DNA from: an uncultured delta proteobacterium
Lineage (GTDB): Bacteria > Desulfobacterota > Desulfobacteria > Desulfobacterales > Desulfatirhabdiaceae
Assembly: GCA_963789395.1 (NCBI GenBank)
Contig: CAWBKP010000011.1
Coordinates: 192,001-256,000, forward strand
Reading direction: 5' to 3'
Length of the DNA stretch: 64,000 nucleotides
Below, piece by piece: positions 55,312-64,000 of this stretch. The notes beneath the pieces were generated by a model. It saw only the letters and a program-made list of their open reading frames with translations, did not search any database and had not been told where the DNA came from. The translations under genes were made by a program, and so were the position numbers. How positions within the stretch are numbered: the first letter of the stretch is position 1; each line of letters opens with the position of its first letter.

Positions 55312-55353
55312 TCAACGGCAATATTGCCGATATATCGGCAATATTGCCGTTGA
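55312..55353. promoter_or_regulatory. Perfect 42-bp palindrome containing a putative enhancer (UAS) site
   Basis: tcaacggcaatattgccgata|tatcggcaatattgccgttga; core TGCCGATATATCGGCA. Confidence 0.65.
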
Positions 55354-55360
55354 TTCGGCA

Positions 55361-57481
55361 TCAGGGGGCTGATCGCCTGATGCCGAGCTTCTTGATCCGT
55401 GATTGCAGGGTGGTGCGTTTGAGTCCAAGGAGTTCGGCGGCGCCGGCGCTTCCCGAGATACGCCAGCCGGTTTTCTCCAGAACATTCAGGATATGCCGCC
55501 GTTCCATATCCTGAAGTCCGCTGTCATCAGGTTTAACGGAAGCAGCGACTCGACGATCCGTCAGATTAACGACCAATTTGCCGCCTCTGCTCACGATCAT
55601 GGCATGCTCGATGACATTCCGGAGTTCCCTCACGTTGCCGGGCCATGAATAGCGCTTCAGGACGTCCATGGATTTTCGCGAAACGCTGTCGATCCGCTTT
55701 CCGATCTTCTTTTCCAGTTGCCCCACTAGTGCCCAGACCAGCAGGGGAATATCTTCAGACCGTTCCCGGAGAGGCGGGATGCTGATCGGAAAAACTTGCA
55801 GCCGGTAGTAGAGATCTTTTCTGAAACGGCCTTCTTTTACCTCTAAATCGAGGTCCCGGTTGGTGGCCGCGATGATACGAACATCGACCTTCAGAGTCTT
55901 TGTGGATCCCAGCCGTTCGAAGCAGCCTTCTTCCAGAACCCGGAGGAGTTTGGACTGCGTATCGAGAGGAAGTTCACCGATTTCGTCCAGAAAAATGGTG
56001 GAACCGTCGGCCACTTCAAATCGGCCGGCCATTCGGGTCAGCGCACCGGTATACGCCCCTTTTTCACGCCCGAATATTTCACTCTCCATCAGTGAAGGCG
56101 ACAGACTGGCGCAGCTCACCGTCATCAGGGGCCGGTCTTTGCGCCTGCTCAGATGGTGAATGGCCTTGGCGAGAAGCTCTTTTCCGGTACCCGTCTCTCC
56201 CAGAACAAGTACGGTTGCGTCCGTCATCGCCACCTGTTCTGCCTGGGAGAGGATGCGCTTCATCGCCTCGCTTCGGCCCACGATCTCTTCGTGCACGTGC
56301 CGAAGCTTGATCTCCCGCCGGAGAGTGATGTTCTCCTTTTCAAATTGCCGCTTCAGCGTCTCGATCTCGTCAAAGCGTTCCTGAAGCTGCGCATCCTTAT
56401 TTTTTCGGGAAATGGCGTTAGCAAAAACATCGGCAATAAGCTGCAGCCCTTGAATCACTTCCTTTTCCCAGATCCTTTCGGTGCGAAGGACCGAGCACCC
56501 CATAAATCCCAGAACATTCCCGCTGACCGTAAGGGGAAGCATCACACACGATTTGATGCCGATGCGAACGAATAATTCCCGGTCACTTACCGCTTCCACA
56601 GGCAAATCCTCAAGGCAGGAAAGCTCGACAGTCTTACCGCGCATCAGGTTTCCGACGGCCCAGGGGAACAAGTCGTTATCCAATTCCTTCCATTCCATCC
56701 AGACTCCGGGCGCGGTGATGGAATGGGTGGCGATCGTTCGGGAAGTCTCATGCGAAAATTGCGTGATGACGATGCGGTCAAAATCGAGAAGCTGAACGAT
56801 TTGATGCAGTGCGTTCTCGATCTGCACATCCACCTGCCGGGCCGACAGGTTTACGAATTTGGCGGAGATGACAGAAAGCAGCGCTTCAAACTTCAGCCGA
56901 TCCTCCAGTTGCAGCCGTGTCCGTTTTAGTTCCAGAACGTTTACAAATATTTCTCCCAGCAGTTGAAGTCGGGGAATATAGGCCTTCGGCCATTCGCATT
57001 CCCGGAGAACCGAATTAATTACGATCAGATATTCGATGGGCTTTCCAACGCTGACCGGAACGATGAGAAAAGACTTGACTCCCCAATTCTCATAGTTCTG
57101 CTTGTCGACAGCCGCCTCATCCGGCAGCGCTTCAAGTGTGGAAAACGATGCGACGGCGCCTTCCCGGATAACCTTTTTATACGTATAGGGGAACAGCGAC
57201 GTGGGCAGATCAACCGCCACCGGAACCGGCGATATATGGCGCGAATAGGCGGCAAGAATATGCTGATAATAGTCGCTGTTGATATCATGCCGAACCAGAC
57301 CGATACGATCCACTTGGAAAAATTCGAGAATTTCCAAGAGCGCAGCCTCTATGGCCTGATCAACCTGCTCCGGTCGTATCGTGATAAACCGGGCTGAGAG
57401 ATTCGAAATCAGGTGTTCAAACCGAATCCTCTCCGCGAGGTTTTGTTTCAGGTCGTCACCTTGAAGGTTACTTTTTACCAT
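55361..57481 (-). CDS. Sigma54-dependent activator (two GAF-like domains, AAA+, Fis HTH; FhlA-like)
   Basis: GETGTGKEL, GAYTGA, FLDEIG, RIIAATN, WPGNVREL, GAAELLGLKRTTL. Confidence 0.95.
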   Translation of the reverse strand: MVKSNLQGDDLKQNLAERIRFEHLISNLSARFITIRPEQVDQAIEAALLEILEFFQVDRIGLVRHDINSDYYQHILAAYSRHISPVPVAVDLPTSLFPYTYKKVIREGAVASFSTLEALPDEAAVDKQNYENWGVKSFLIVPVSVGKPIEYLIVINSVLRECEWPKAYIPRLQLLGEIFVNVLELKRTRLQLEDRLKFEALLSVISAKFVNLSARQVDVQIENALHQIVQLLDFDRIVITQFSHETSRTIATHSITAPGVWMEWKELDNDLFPWAVGNLMRGKTVELSCLEDLPVEAVSDRELFVRIGIKSCVMLPLTVSGNVLGFMGCSVLRTERIWEKEVIQGLQLIADVFANAISRKNKDAQLQERFDEIETLKRQFEKENITLRREIKLRHVHEEIVGRSEAMKRILSQAEQVAMTDATVLVLGETGTGKELLAKAIHHLSRRKDRPLMTVSCASLSPSLMESEIFGREKGAYTGALTRMAGRFEVADGSTIFLDEIGELPLDTQSKLLRVLEEGCFERLGSTKTLKVDVRIIAATNRDLDLEVKEGRFRKDLYYRLQVFPISIPPLRERSEDIPLLVWALVGQLEKKIGKRIDSVSRKSMDVLKRYSWPGNVRELRNVIEHAMIVSRGGKLVVNLTDRRVAASVKPDDSGLQDMERRHILNVLEKTGWRISGSAGAAELLGLKRTTLQSRIKKLGIRRSAP

Positions 57482-57561
57482 GGTTTGGGTTTAACCCCTT
57501 ACTATCGGGCAGTTTTGTTAAATCAGTCAACCGGCAGGACCACGGGTGCCGAATAAAAGGC

Positions 57562-57585
57562 ATTCTGACGATATATCGGCAGAAT
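57562..57585. promoter_or_regulatory. Second putative enhancer (UAS) palindrome
   Basis: attctgacgatatatcggcagaat; core differs by 1 nt from 55325-55340. Confidence 0.65.
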
Positions 57586-57678
57586 ATCATATAAAAGATG
57601 TTGCCCACACTCCGTTAGTTGATTCATATCTATCCAATTATCATAGCAAAATTGATAAAGCGAACGGATTCTTTGATC

Positions 57679-57694
57679 TGGTATGAATTTCGCA
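57679..57694 (+). promoter_or_regulatory. Sigma54 promoter
   Basis: TGGTATGAATTTCGCA, upstream of the ABM-family gene. Confidence 0.7.
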
Positions 57695-57815
57695 GCTCAT
57701 AAATCGAATTGCGAGACTGCATGGGTATCAAAAGCATACTCACGCATTCATTTTTTGGAATTTTATGCAAATTATTCGGTATACCTCTGATGGCGAGTAA
57801 GAAGGAGGAATCCAA

Positions 57816-58163
57816 GTGGTTCGTGCGAGCATACGGATGACGATACCTTCCGACAAACGGATTGAAGCCCGGAAAATTCTGATATCCGTGGCGGAAAGAA
57901 CGAGAATCGAGCCGGGATGTATCTCTTGTGAGGTTTATCAGGGAGTCGAGAATAAGCATGTTATCCTGATTGACGAATTGTGGTGGAGTCGTGCGGATCT
58001 GGAATGCCACCTTCGCTCCGAGGATTACCTCAGGGTTCTTCTGGTAGTCGAAATGGCAGCTGAAAAGCCGGAGATCCGGTTCGACACGATCACCGGCTCT
58101 ACCGGAGTCGATATGATTGAAAAAGCCAGAAAAACGCCCCCGTGCATTTCAAATCACCCGTAA
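57816..58163 (+). CDS. Antibiotic biosynthesis monooxygenase (ABM) family protein
   Basis: TRIEPGCISCEVY, ELW.SRADLECHLRS; GGAGG RBS. Confidence 0.8.
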   Translation: MVRASIRMTIPSDKRIEARKILISVAERTRIEPGCISCEVYQGVENKHVILIDELWWSRADLECHLRSEDYLRVLLVVEMAAEKPEIRFDTITGSTGVDMIEKARKTPPCISNHP

Positions 58164-58168
58164 CGAGG

Positions 58169-60696
58169 TCAGGTCCGTTGCTCCGGCAGGCCGGCATCGT
58201 CATCTTCCTGTTCGCCGGCATCGTTTTTTTCCTGTAAGACGACATCCGCGACTTCCTGTTTAACGGCATCGACATCTTTCTGATATCGCACACTGACATC
58301 CCGCTGCGGGAATGGGATTTCAATCCCGGCTTCACGAAACCTCCGGAGAATGTCCCGGGAAATCTCACTCTGCACATGACGGGTTTGATTGACATCGTCA
58401 ATCCAGACCCGAAGCTCCACATTCAGACTGGAGTCTCCAAATTCCATGAACAGGGGAACCGGCTTGGGATTTTTCAACACGCGCGGGTTTGACAGGGCGG
58501 CGGCTGTCAGCGTATCGAACACCAGATCCATATCGCTTCCGTAGCCGACTCCCACGGAAATTTTGAGCCTGGCAACCGTTCCGGAATGGGTCCAGTTGGT
58601 CACTTTTTCGGAAATAAGCTGGGAATTGGGGATAATGAGCTGTGCCTTATCCAGGGTTTCAACTACCGTTGAGCGCAGTCCGATCTTTTTAACGATGCCG
58701 ACCTGGGCGCCCGCATCGATTCTGTCTCCCACCCGGATCGGCCTTTCAAACAGGAGGATCAATCCGCTGATGAAATTGTTGACGATATCCTGCATGCCGA
58801 AACCGACACCGACGCCCAATGCGCCGCCCAAGACCGCAAAGCTTTTCAAATCGATCCCCACCACGCCCATGCTGATCAGTACAGCGACAAATATCATAAA
58901 ATAATTCAAAAGCTTGGTTATGGATTGACCGGTTCCTCTATCCACCTGCATGTGGGGAAAAACCTCCGAATCCAAAATTCCGCGGAGGAACCAGGAAGTA
59001 AAACTGGCCACATAAAGCACCCCTACTGACAGCAGAACCAGCAGCGGGGTTATGGTCAGGTTGCCGATAGTCACCTGCGACTGAAACACGGCTTGAAACG
59101 CCAGGCCTGGTGAACTGTACAGTCCTAGAATCGGCAGCAAGGAAAAGAATGCCAGGCCCCAGAGGGCCATTTTTCCGATGGATTCAAGCTTTGCGGCAAG
59201 TTCTTTGCCGTAACGACTGATGAAACGCCATATTGGCAATCAGTGAGTGCTCCAGCAGCAGCATGCTCGTACTGTTGATTTGCAGAAAAAGATGTAAGGA
59301 AATGATGAGGAAAACGATTTTGATTGACGTAAACAGGACGTTTTCAAAGAGGTTGACAAAACCGGCTATCTGCGAAGCCGTTGCCATGGCCATGACAAAT
59401 GTGCTGACCCGCATAAATCCGAGAAAAAACCCCCTTCTCGGCAGTACTCTCCTGCGCAGTTGTCTTTCCCATATCAAGAAGAGAACTGTTCCTGCCAGGG
59501 TCGTACACGCCCAGTATATCCGGAAAAGGGGATTGGGCAGGGGGACCATTTTCAATAGCCCGGGGACGGTCACAAGCGCGGCCATAAAACATAAGACAGA
59601 CCACCTGATGCGGAATATTCAGCGACCCGGATACCAGGATAGATGATGAAAACGCCACTAAAGTCCATGAAAGATCACGGGCCAGACCGGTAGGCTGATT
59701 AATAAAAATAATCGGCAATGTTTCCGCCAGGAATATCCCGAGCGCCAAGGGATGATTCAATAAATACAGCCGGTCCTGTCGCACCTTTGACATGCCTCTC
59801 AAGGATGTCGCCAGAAAATACACGAGGACGACCATGAAGATCCTGACGAGTATAAGCCATAAGGACCTGCTGTCAAACACATCATCAAAATTACCGAAAT
59901 TGTTCCAGATAGATCTCCAGAAAAACGAATCGAACAGGGAATAGAAAGCCGGGCTGAAGAAGGATTTTTCAGTTTTTTTGAATATATTACTGCGTTGATT
60001 GGAAAAAGCGGTTGAAACAATCTGGCTGAGCCTGATATTTTCATCCAGCAGCTTGGAAGCCCTATCCTGCATAGCAAGAATATCGGTGATCGCACCTGTC
60101 AGATCTTCCAGCGCCTTCTCGATGGTCTCATGAGCGTCACCGAATGCCTCCATCAGCGTTTTGTTGGAATCCGCACCCAGAAAAACGCTCCAGTTCCGCC
60201 AGAATGTCTTCTGTTTTTCCCATTCACTGCGATTTGATTCCAGATTGGCAAGTCCGGAAGAAATGTCGGCCACAAGGTCTTTGTAATCTTTTATTCTGCT
60301 TCTGAAGCACAACATTGGCGTCAACAATCTGAGAGGTATCCCAGTTTAAGGACTGGAAATGACTATGATCAGATTCCGGATTTTTTGCTGGCGAGAGTCG
60401 ATTTCGTCAATATCATTTTTCCGGCCCAATATTTTCAAGCTGTCGAAGATGATTTTTCGCGTGTCTTCCGATTTCAGCATCAACTCCGAAGCCCTGGGAT
60501 TGACTTCAGACAGATTCGGAAAAGCCGGAGATTTCGCTTTGAGGAGGAACCTTTTGCGTATCGGCGCCTGCCGAACTGGTCACGGCACTCGATCTTGGAA
60601 TCCGGATTCAGCAAAGAGGCTACAGGGTGAAGCAGCAATCGATACATCCGGCAAGGTCAGCAGGAGCAGCAGCAGTAATTGTAGAAGCCGTCTCAA
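58169..60696 (-). CDS. Large MscS-family mechanosensitive channel (MscK-like); frameshifted
   Basis: GALGVGVGFGMQDIVNNFISGLILLFERPIRVGD, IPNSQLI, IEIPFPQRD; coiled-coil and TM regions upstream; TTG start with signal peptide inferred. Confidence 0.85.
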
Positions 60697-60714
60697 GGAA
60701 TCACCTGTTAGATA

Positions 60715-60775
60715 AAATTCGAATATCGAATATCGAAATCCGAAACAAATTCAAAATTCTAATTTCAAAATGATC
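60715..60775 (+). repeat. Family A single arm
   Basis: First 38 bp identical to 24689-24726. Confidence 0.8.
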
Positions 60776-60845
60776 GAACAGCCATGAGCGGTGCGGACAC
60801 AACATGGGGGAAGGTATCAATACATCAAACTTCGAGACATGATTT

Positions 60846-61910
60846 TCATGGCGCCGGATGACCGGGCGCTTCCTCCGTCCACGCCTCCAGCAGCTTGTGG
60901 GCCACGGCGAGCACCACCGGCCCGACGAAAAGGCCGATGAGGCCAAAGGCGATCAAGCCCCCGACCACTCCGGTAAAAATGAGCAGGAGCGGCAGGTCCG
61001 CGCCTTTTTTGATAAGTATCGGCCGCAGGAAATTGTCCATGGTTCCCACGACGAGCGTGCAAACCAGCAGAAACATCCCCTTTCCCGAATCGCCGCTCCA
61101 GAAAAGCCAGAGCGTGGCCAGCCCGAGTACCGGCAGGACCCCGATCTGGGCAATGGCGCACATGAACATCACAGCAGTTAAGATCCCGGCATACGGCACG
61201 CCGGCGATAAGAAGACCCAGGCCGCCCAATACCGACTGGGCAAACGCCGTTACGACGATCCCCAGTGCAACCCCGCGAACAGCCTGGCCGGCGAGACGGA
61301 CCGCATTTTCACCGCGGGGTCCTGCCAGGCGGCGCCCGAAACGCAGGACGCGATCTGCCGCTTCTTCACCGTTGCCGTACATGATCGCAGCAAGAATGGC
61401 CGTAAGCAGAAACTCAACAAGCAGCCTCCCGAAACTGCCGGCCTGGGCGACAAACCACTTGATCGTAACGCCGGCATAGGGGCCGACCTTGGCGGCAATC
61501 CCCTCGATTCCCACTGCAGCTACCTTCTCCCAAACCGCCACCGCGTTCCCGCCAATGAACGGCAGATTGCCCACCCACTCCGGCGGAGAGGGTACCTTGA
61601 AGCCGGCAAGTAATTTTGCCCATCCGGCGATTTGATCGGCGCTGGAAATGATCGTTCCGACAGCAAATGAGAGCGGCACAACCAGAACACACAGGAGAAC
61701 GACCGTCATCACCGCAACCGCCAGCGGGCGTTTGTGCCACAGCCGCTTCTGAACCGCGATCATCAGGGGCCAGGTTGCAATTACGATGGTCGCCGCCCAG
61801 ACGGTGGCCCCCAGGAATGGTCGAAGGATCCAGAACGATGATCCGATGAGAACCACGATAAAAATCACGCCCAGCAGGTTTCGGGTCAGATCACATTGGG
61901 TTTCAGCCAT
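60846..61910 (-). CDS. ydiK: AI-2E family transporter, YdiK-like
   Basis: WILRPF, IATWPL, LAGQAVRGVALGIVVTA, DNFLRPILIKKGADLPLLLIFTGVVGGL. Confidence 0.85.
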   Translation of the reverse strand: MAETQCDLTRNLLGVIFIVVLIGSSFWILRPFLGATVWAATIVIATWPLMIAVQKRLWHKRPLAVAVMTVVLLCVLVVPLSFAVGTIISSADQIAGWAKLLAGFKVPSPPEWVGNLPFIGGNAVAVWEKVAAVGIEGIAAKVGPYAGVTIKWFVAQAGSFGRLLVEFLLTAILAAIMYGNGEEAADRVLRFGRRLAGPRGENAVRLAGQAVRGVALGIVVTAFAQSVLGGLGLLIAGVPYAGILTAVMFMCAIAQIGVLPVLGLATLWLFWSGDSGKGMFLLVCTLVVGTMDNFLRPILIKKGADLPLLLIFTGVVGGLIAFGLIGLFVGPVVLAVAHKLLEAWTEEAPGHPAP

Positions 61911-61997
61911 ACACCATTCCTTCTCAGAGTGAAATCTTCACAAACGGTTATGGATTTGAAAGTATGCCGCTCTTTATATGATAACAAACAATTTTTC

Positions 61998-62025
61998 GTC
62001 ATTCCGGACTTGATCCGGAATCCAG
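61998..62025. repeat. Single REP-like hairpin
   Basis: gtcattccggacttgatccggaatccag; same family as the interiors of the 11078 and 29300 elements. Confidence 0.7.
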
Positions 62026-62054
62026 GGACAATAACCCAAATGCTTCCCTCCGAA

Positions 62055-62134
62055 TTTTGAACATTCGAATTTAGAATTTGTTTCGAATTTCGTTCGATAT
62101 TCGGATTTTGCCTGAACAAACGTTTCGTTCAGGC
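62055..62134 (-). repeat. Family A single arm (reverse) with outer hairpin
   Basis: ttttgaacattcgaatttagaatttgtttcgaatttcg..atattcggatttt then gcctgaac-N9-gttcaggc. Confidence 0.8.
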
Positions 62135-62144
62135 ACTTCAGCCG

Positions 62145-63131
62145 TTAATTACCCTCTGCCTTAAGATCCTTCTCTTTCACCTTTTCCCACGTACCGTCCG
62201 GATCAAAGGCCTTTATCGCCTGAGCCAGTTTCCCGGTTTTCGGGCCCAGATTTTTCTGATACACCACGCCATCGTGATTCACGATAAATGTCATGATGCC
62301 CGATGATGCGTATTTGGCGGGATAGGCCACCAGCGCAAACCCGCCGATCATTTTCCCCTTGGCCATGTAGTCATAAGCGCCGCCCGGTGCGTTCTTCCCC
62401 TGAGCTTTCAGGATGCGAAAGTAATAGCCGTGATAGGGCGAAGTCTTGCCCTTCTTTTTTGCATAGCCTTGTTTGGCTGCCTCGGCAATCAGGGGGCCCA
62501 GAGGGCTGGGCTTCTCGCCCGCTTTCACTTCCCAATAGAGGCCGTTTTTCTTTCCCGGATCACTGAAGAATTTCTGGGCATATTCCAGAAACCCGTCACC
62601 GGTCCAATCTTCGAGCGCGTATTCGCGCTGAGCATCCACGTAGGCCAGGCAGGTCTGGATGGTGTTCCATTCATTTCTGCCGATTCTTCGCGCCAGGATT
62701 TCATCCCGGCCCTCCTTGACATCAAAATGCCACAGATCACCTTTTTTCACGATCGGAATGGCGAAGGGCCAATCGTCATTTCCCAAATACAGAATGGACT
62801 TCTCGGCGGATTCTTCCTGCAGCCTGCTCTTCTCTTCATAGCGCTGGATGAACCGATCGTACCCGGCGCTGTCCGATACCGGGTCGCCGGAGGATACAAG
62901 ATCCTTGCTCCCTGGCCCGAAAATCGCCTCCAGAGCTTTGATGTCCTTTGATTTCAAAGCCTCGACCAAAGCCTTGACCGCTTCTTCCGGGGAAGCAAAC
63001 GTTCGCTGCTTTACGGTCTTCGCATGGGATGCACCGCAGATCAATAATGAAATAAATGCGGCGGCCATAAGGAGCACTCCGCAACGACTCAACGTTGATT
63101 TTCTTTCTGTCCTATTGATATGTAACACCAC
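62145..63131 (-). CDS. DUF2950 family exported protein (copy 2)
   Basis: FASPEEA, DWPFAIPIVK, RRIGRNE, YHGYYF, GFALVAYPAKY, VYQKNLG. Confidence 0.9.
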   Translation of the reverse strand: MVLHINRTERKSTLSRCGVLLMAAAFISLLICGASHAKTVKQRTFASPEEAVKALVEALKSKDIKALEAIFGPGSKDLVSSGDPVSDSAGYDRFIQRYEEKSRLQEESAEKSILYLGNDDWPFAIPIVKKGDLWHFDVKEGRDEILARRIGRNEWNTIQTCLAYVDAQREYALEDWTGDGFLEYAQKFFSDPGKKNGLYWEVKAGEKPSPLGPLIAEAAKQGYAKKKGKTSPYHGYYFRILKAQGKNAPGGAYDYMAKGKMIGGFALVAYPAKYASSGIMTFIVNHDGVVYQKNLGPKTGKLAQAIKAFDPDGTWEKVKEKDLKAEGN

Positions 63132-63193
63132 GGCTTTTTCCTCCGTTCCAAAGTGATGAACTCGTAACAGGTAGTAGTGTGATTCCGGGCCGG

Positions 63194-64000
63194 TTATCTG
63201 CCGCGTCCACCGCCACCTCTACCGCCGCCGCCACCGCCCCGGCTTGCACCGCCACCGCCGCCGCCAAAGCTTGCACCGCCACTTCCGCGGCTGAAGCCGC
63301 TGCCGCTCCCGCCGCCTCTGGAGGAAGACATGCTTTGATTTCCCCGGCTGCTGAATTCCTTTGCCTGGCTGCCGCGATCACTACTTCCGAAGGCGCTTTT
63401 ACCCGTCTGCTGCTGGCCGCCGGCACGATTTCCGGAGGCGCCTCTGTCCATCTGCTGCTGGCCTCCGGTCCGATCGCCACGGCCGCCGGCGTCTGTTCGC
63501 TGCTGCGCCCCCCGGTCGGTCGAACCTGCATCCCGGCGACCCTGGGAATCCTGACGCCCGCCCGCTGTTTGGCCACGGTATGCGTCCGCACTGCCACGGC
63601 CTCCGTCCTGCCTTCCTGCATCGGTGCGGCCACGGTAAGCCTCCCGGGACTGTGCATTCCCGGATGCCCGCCCTGTTGTATTTATTTGCCGTCCCCTGGT
63701 CCCTGTAGGATACGCCTTTTCGGTGCTCGGGGTTGTGCTGCCACTGACCCTGGCCCCCCTGGCCTCTCGATATATTGTTCTGATAGTTGCTTCGGTTGAT
63801 GTTTCTATTGAGGTTCGCGTTCTGGTTGATATTGACATTGACATCACCGCCTCTCCAGTTGCAGTTTCCCCACGCATAGCCCCAGGCCGCCCCGACGGCA
63901 ACACCTACGCCGAAGGAAAACAGCGCCGCGCCGGCCGTGTACCCGGGAGGATAATAAGTGTAGGGAGGATAGGCCGGATACGCCCAGACGCCATAAACCA
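63194..64000 (-). CDS. DUF3300 family protein (copy 2), 3' part only; RGG-rich tail; frameshifted
   Basis: VYGVWAYPAYPP..YYPPGY, GVAVGAAWGYAWG, WQHNPEHRKGVSYRD, ending RGGGGGGRGGGGRGR. Confidence 0.8.

Noticed and set aside
1646..60696. Programmed frameshifting or phase variation in the many split genes
   Set aside because: Breaks affect unrelated families with no shared slippery motif; long-read indel error is the simpler explanation.

Overview
GC-rich bacterial sequence whose gene content (rhodanese-ferritin fusion, sigma54 activator, multiheme cytochrome) and repeat families resemble Desulfobacterota; the taxon is an inference. Many genes are split by 1-bp indels, most simply explained by uncorrected long-read errors. 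0.5-10.4 kb holds housekeeping-type genes (phosphoesterase, Fsr-like MFS, PilZ, NUDIX, phosphotransferase, aldo/keto reductase, plant-like methionine gamma-lyase, ADP-ribosylglycohydrolase). 10.6-64 kb is a large cell-envelope island. It has inverted DUF3300-DUF2950 pairs at its two ends and carries three arylsulfatases, DUF1254/1214, DUF2092, DUF1269, two SYLF/YSC84 lipoproteins, ion antiporters and channels, a Rieske/cytochrome b/octaheme-TPR module, DegP, an ABC transporter, a Phd-VapC module, NarL-type regulators and a sigma54 activator whose likely promoters and enhancer sites can be read from the sequence. The most striking unexplained structure is a family of heptad-periodic inverted-repeat elements. 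One full copy encloses a four-helix-bundle (23S-IVP/Avd-like) gene inside an operon. Empty, half and possibly cargo-bearing copies recur at gene boundaries, four of them capped by the same GCCTGAAC...GTTCAGGC hairpin. A second heptad family appears to retain only the last codons of a four-helix-bundle gene. No transposase, rRNA, tRNA or CRISPR array was seen.
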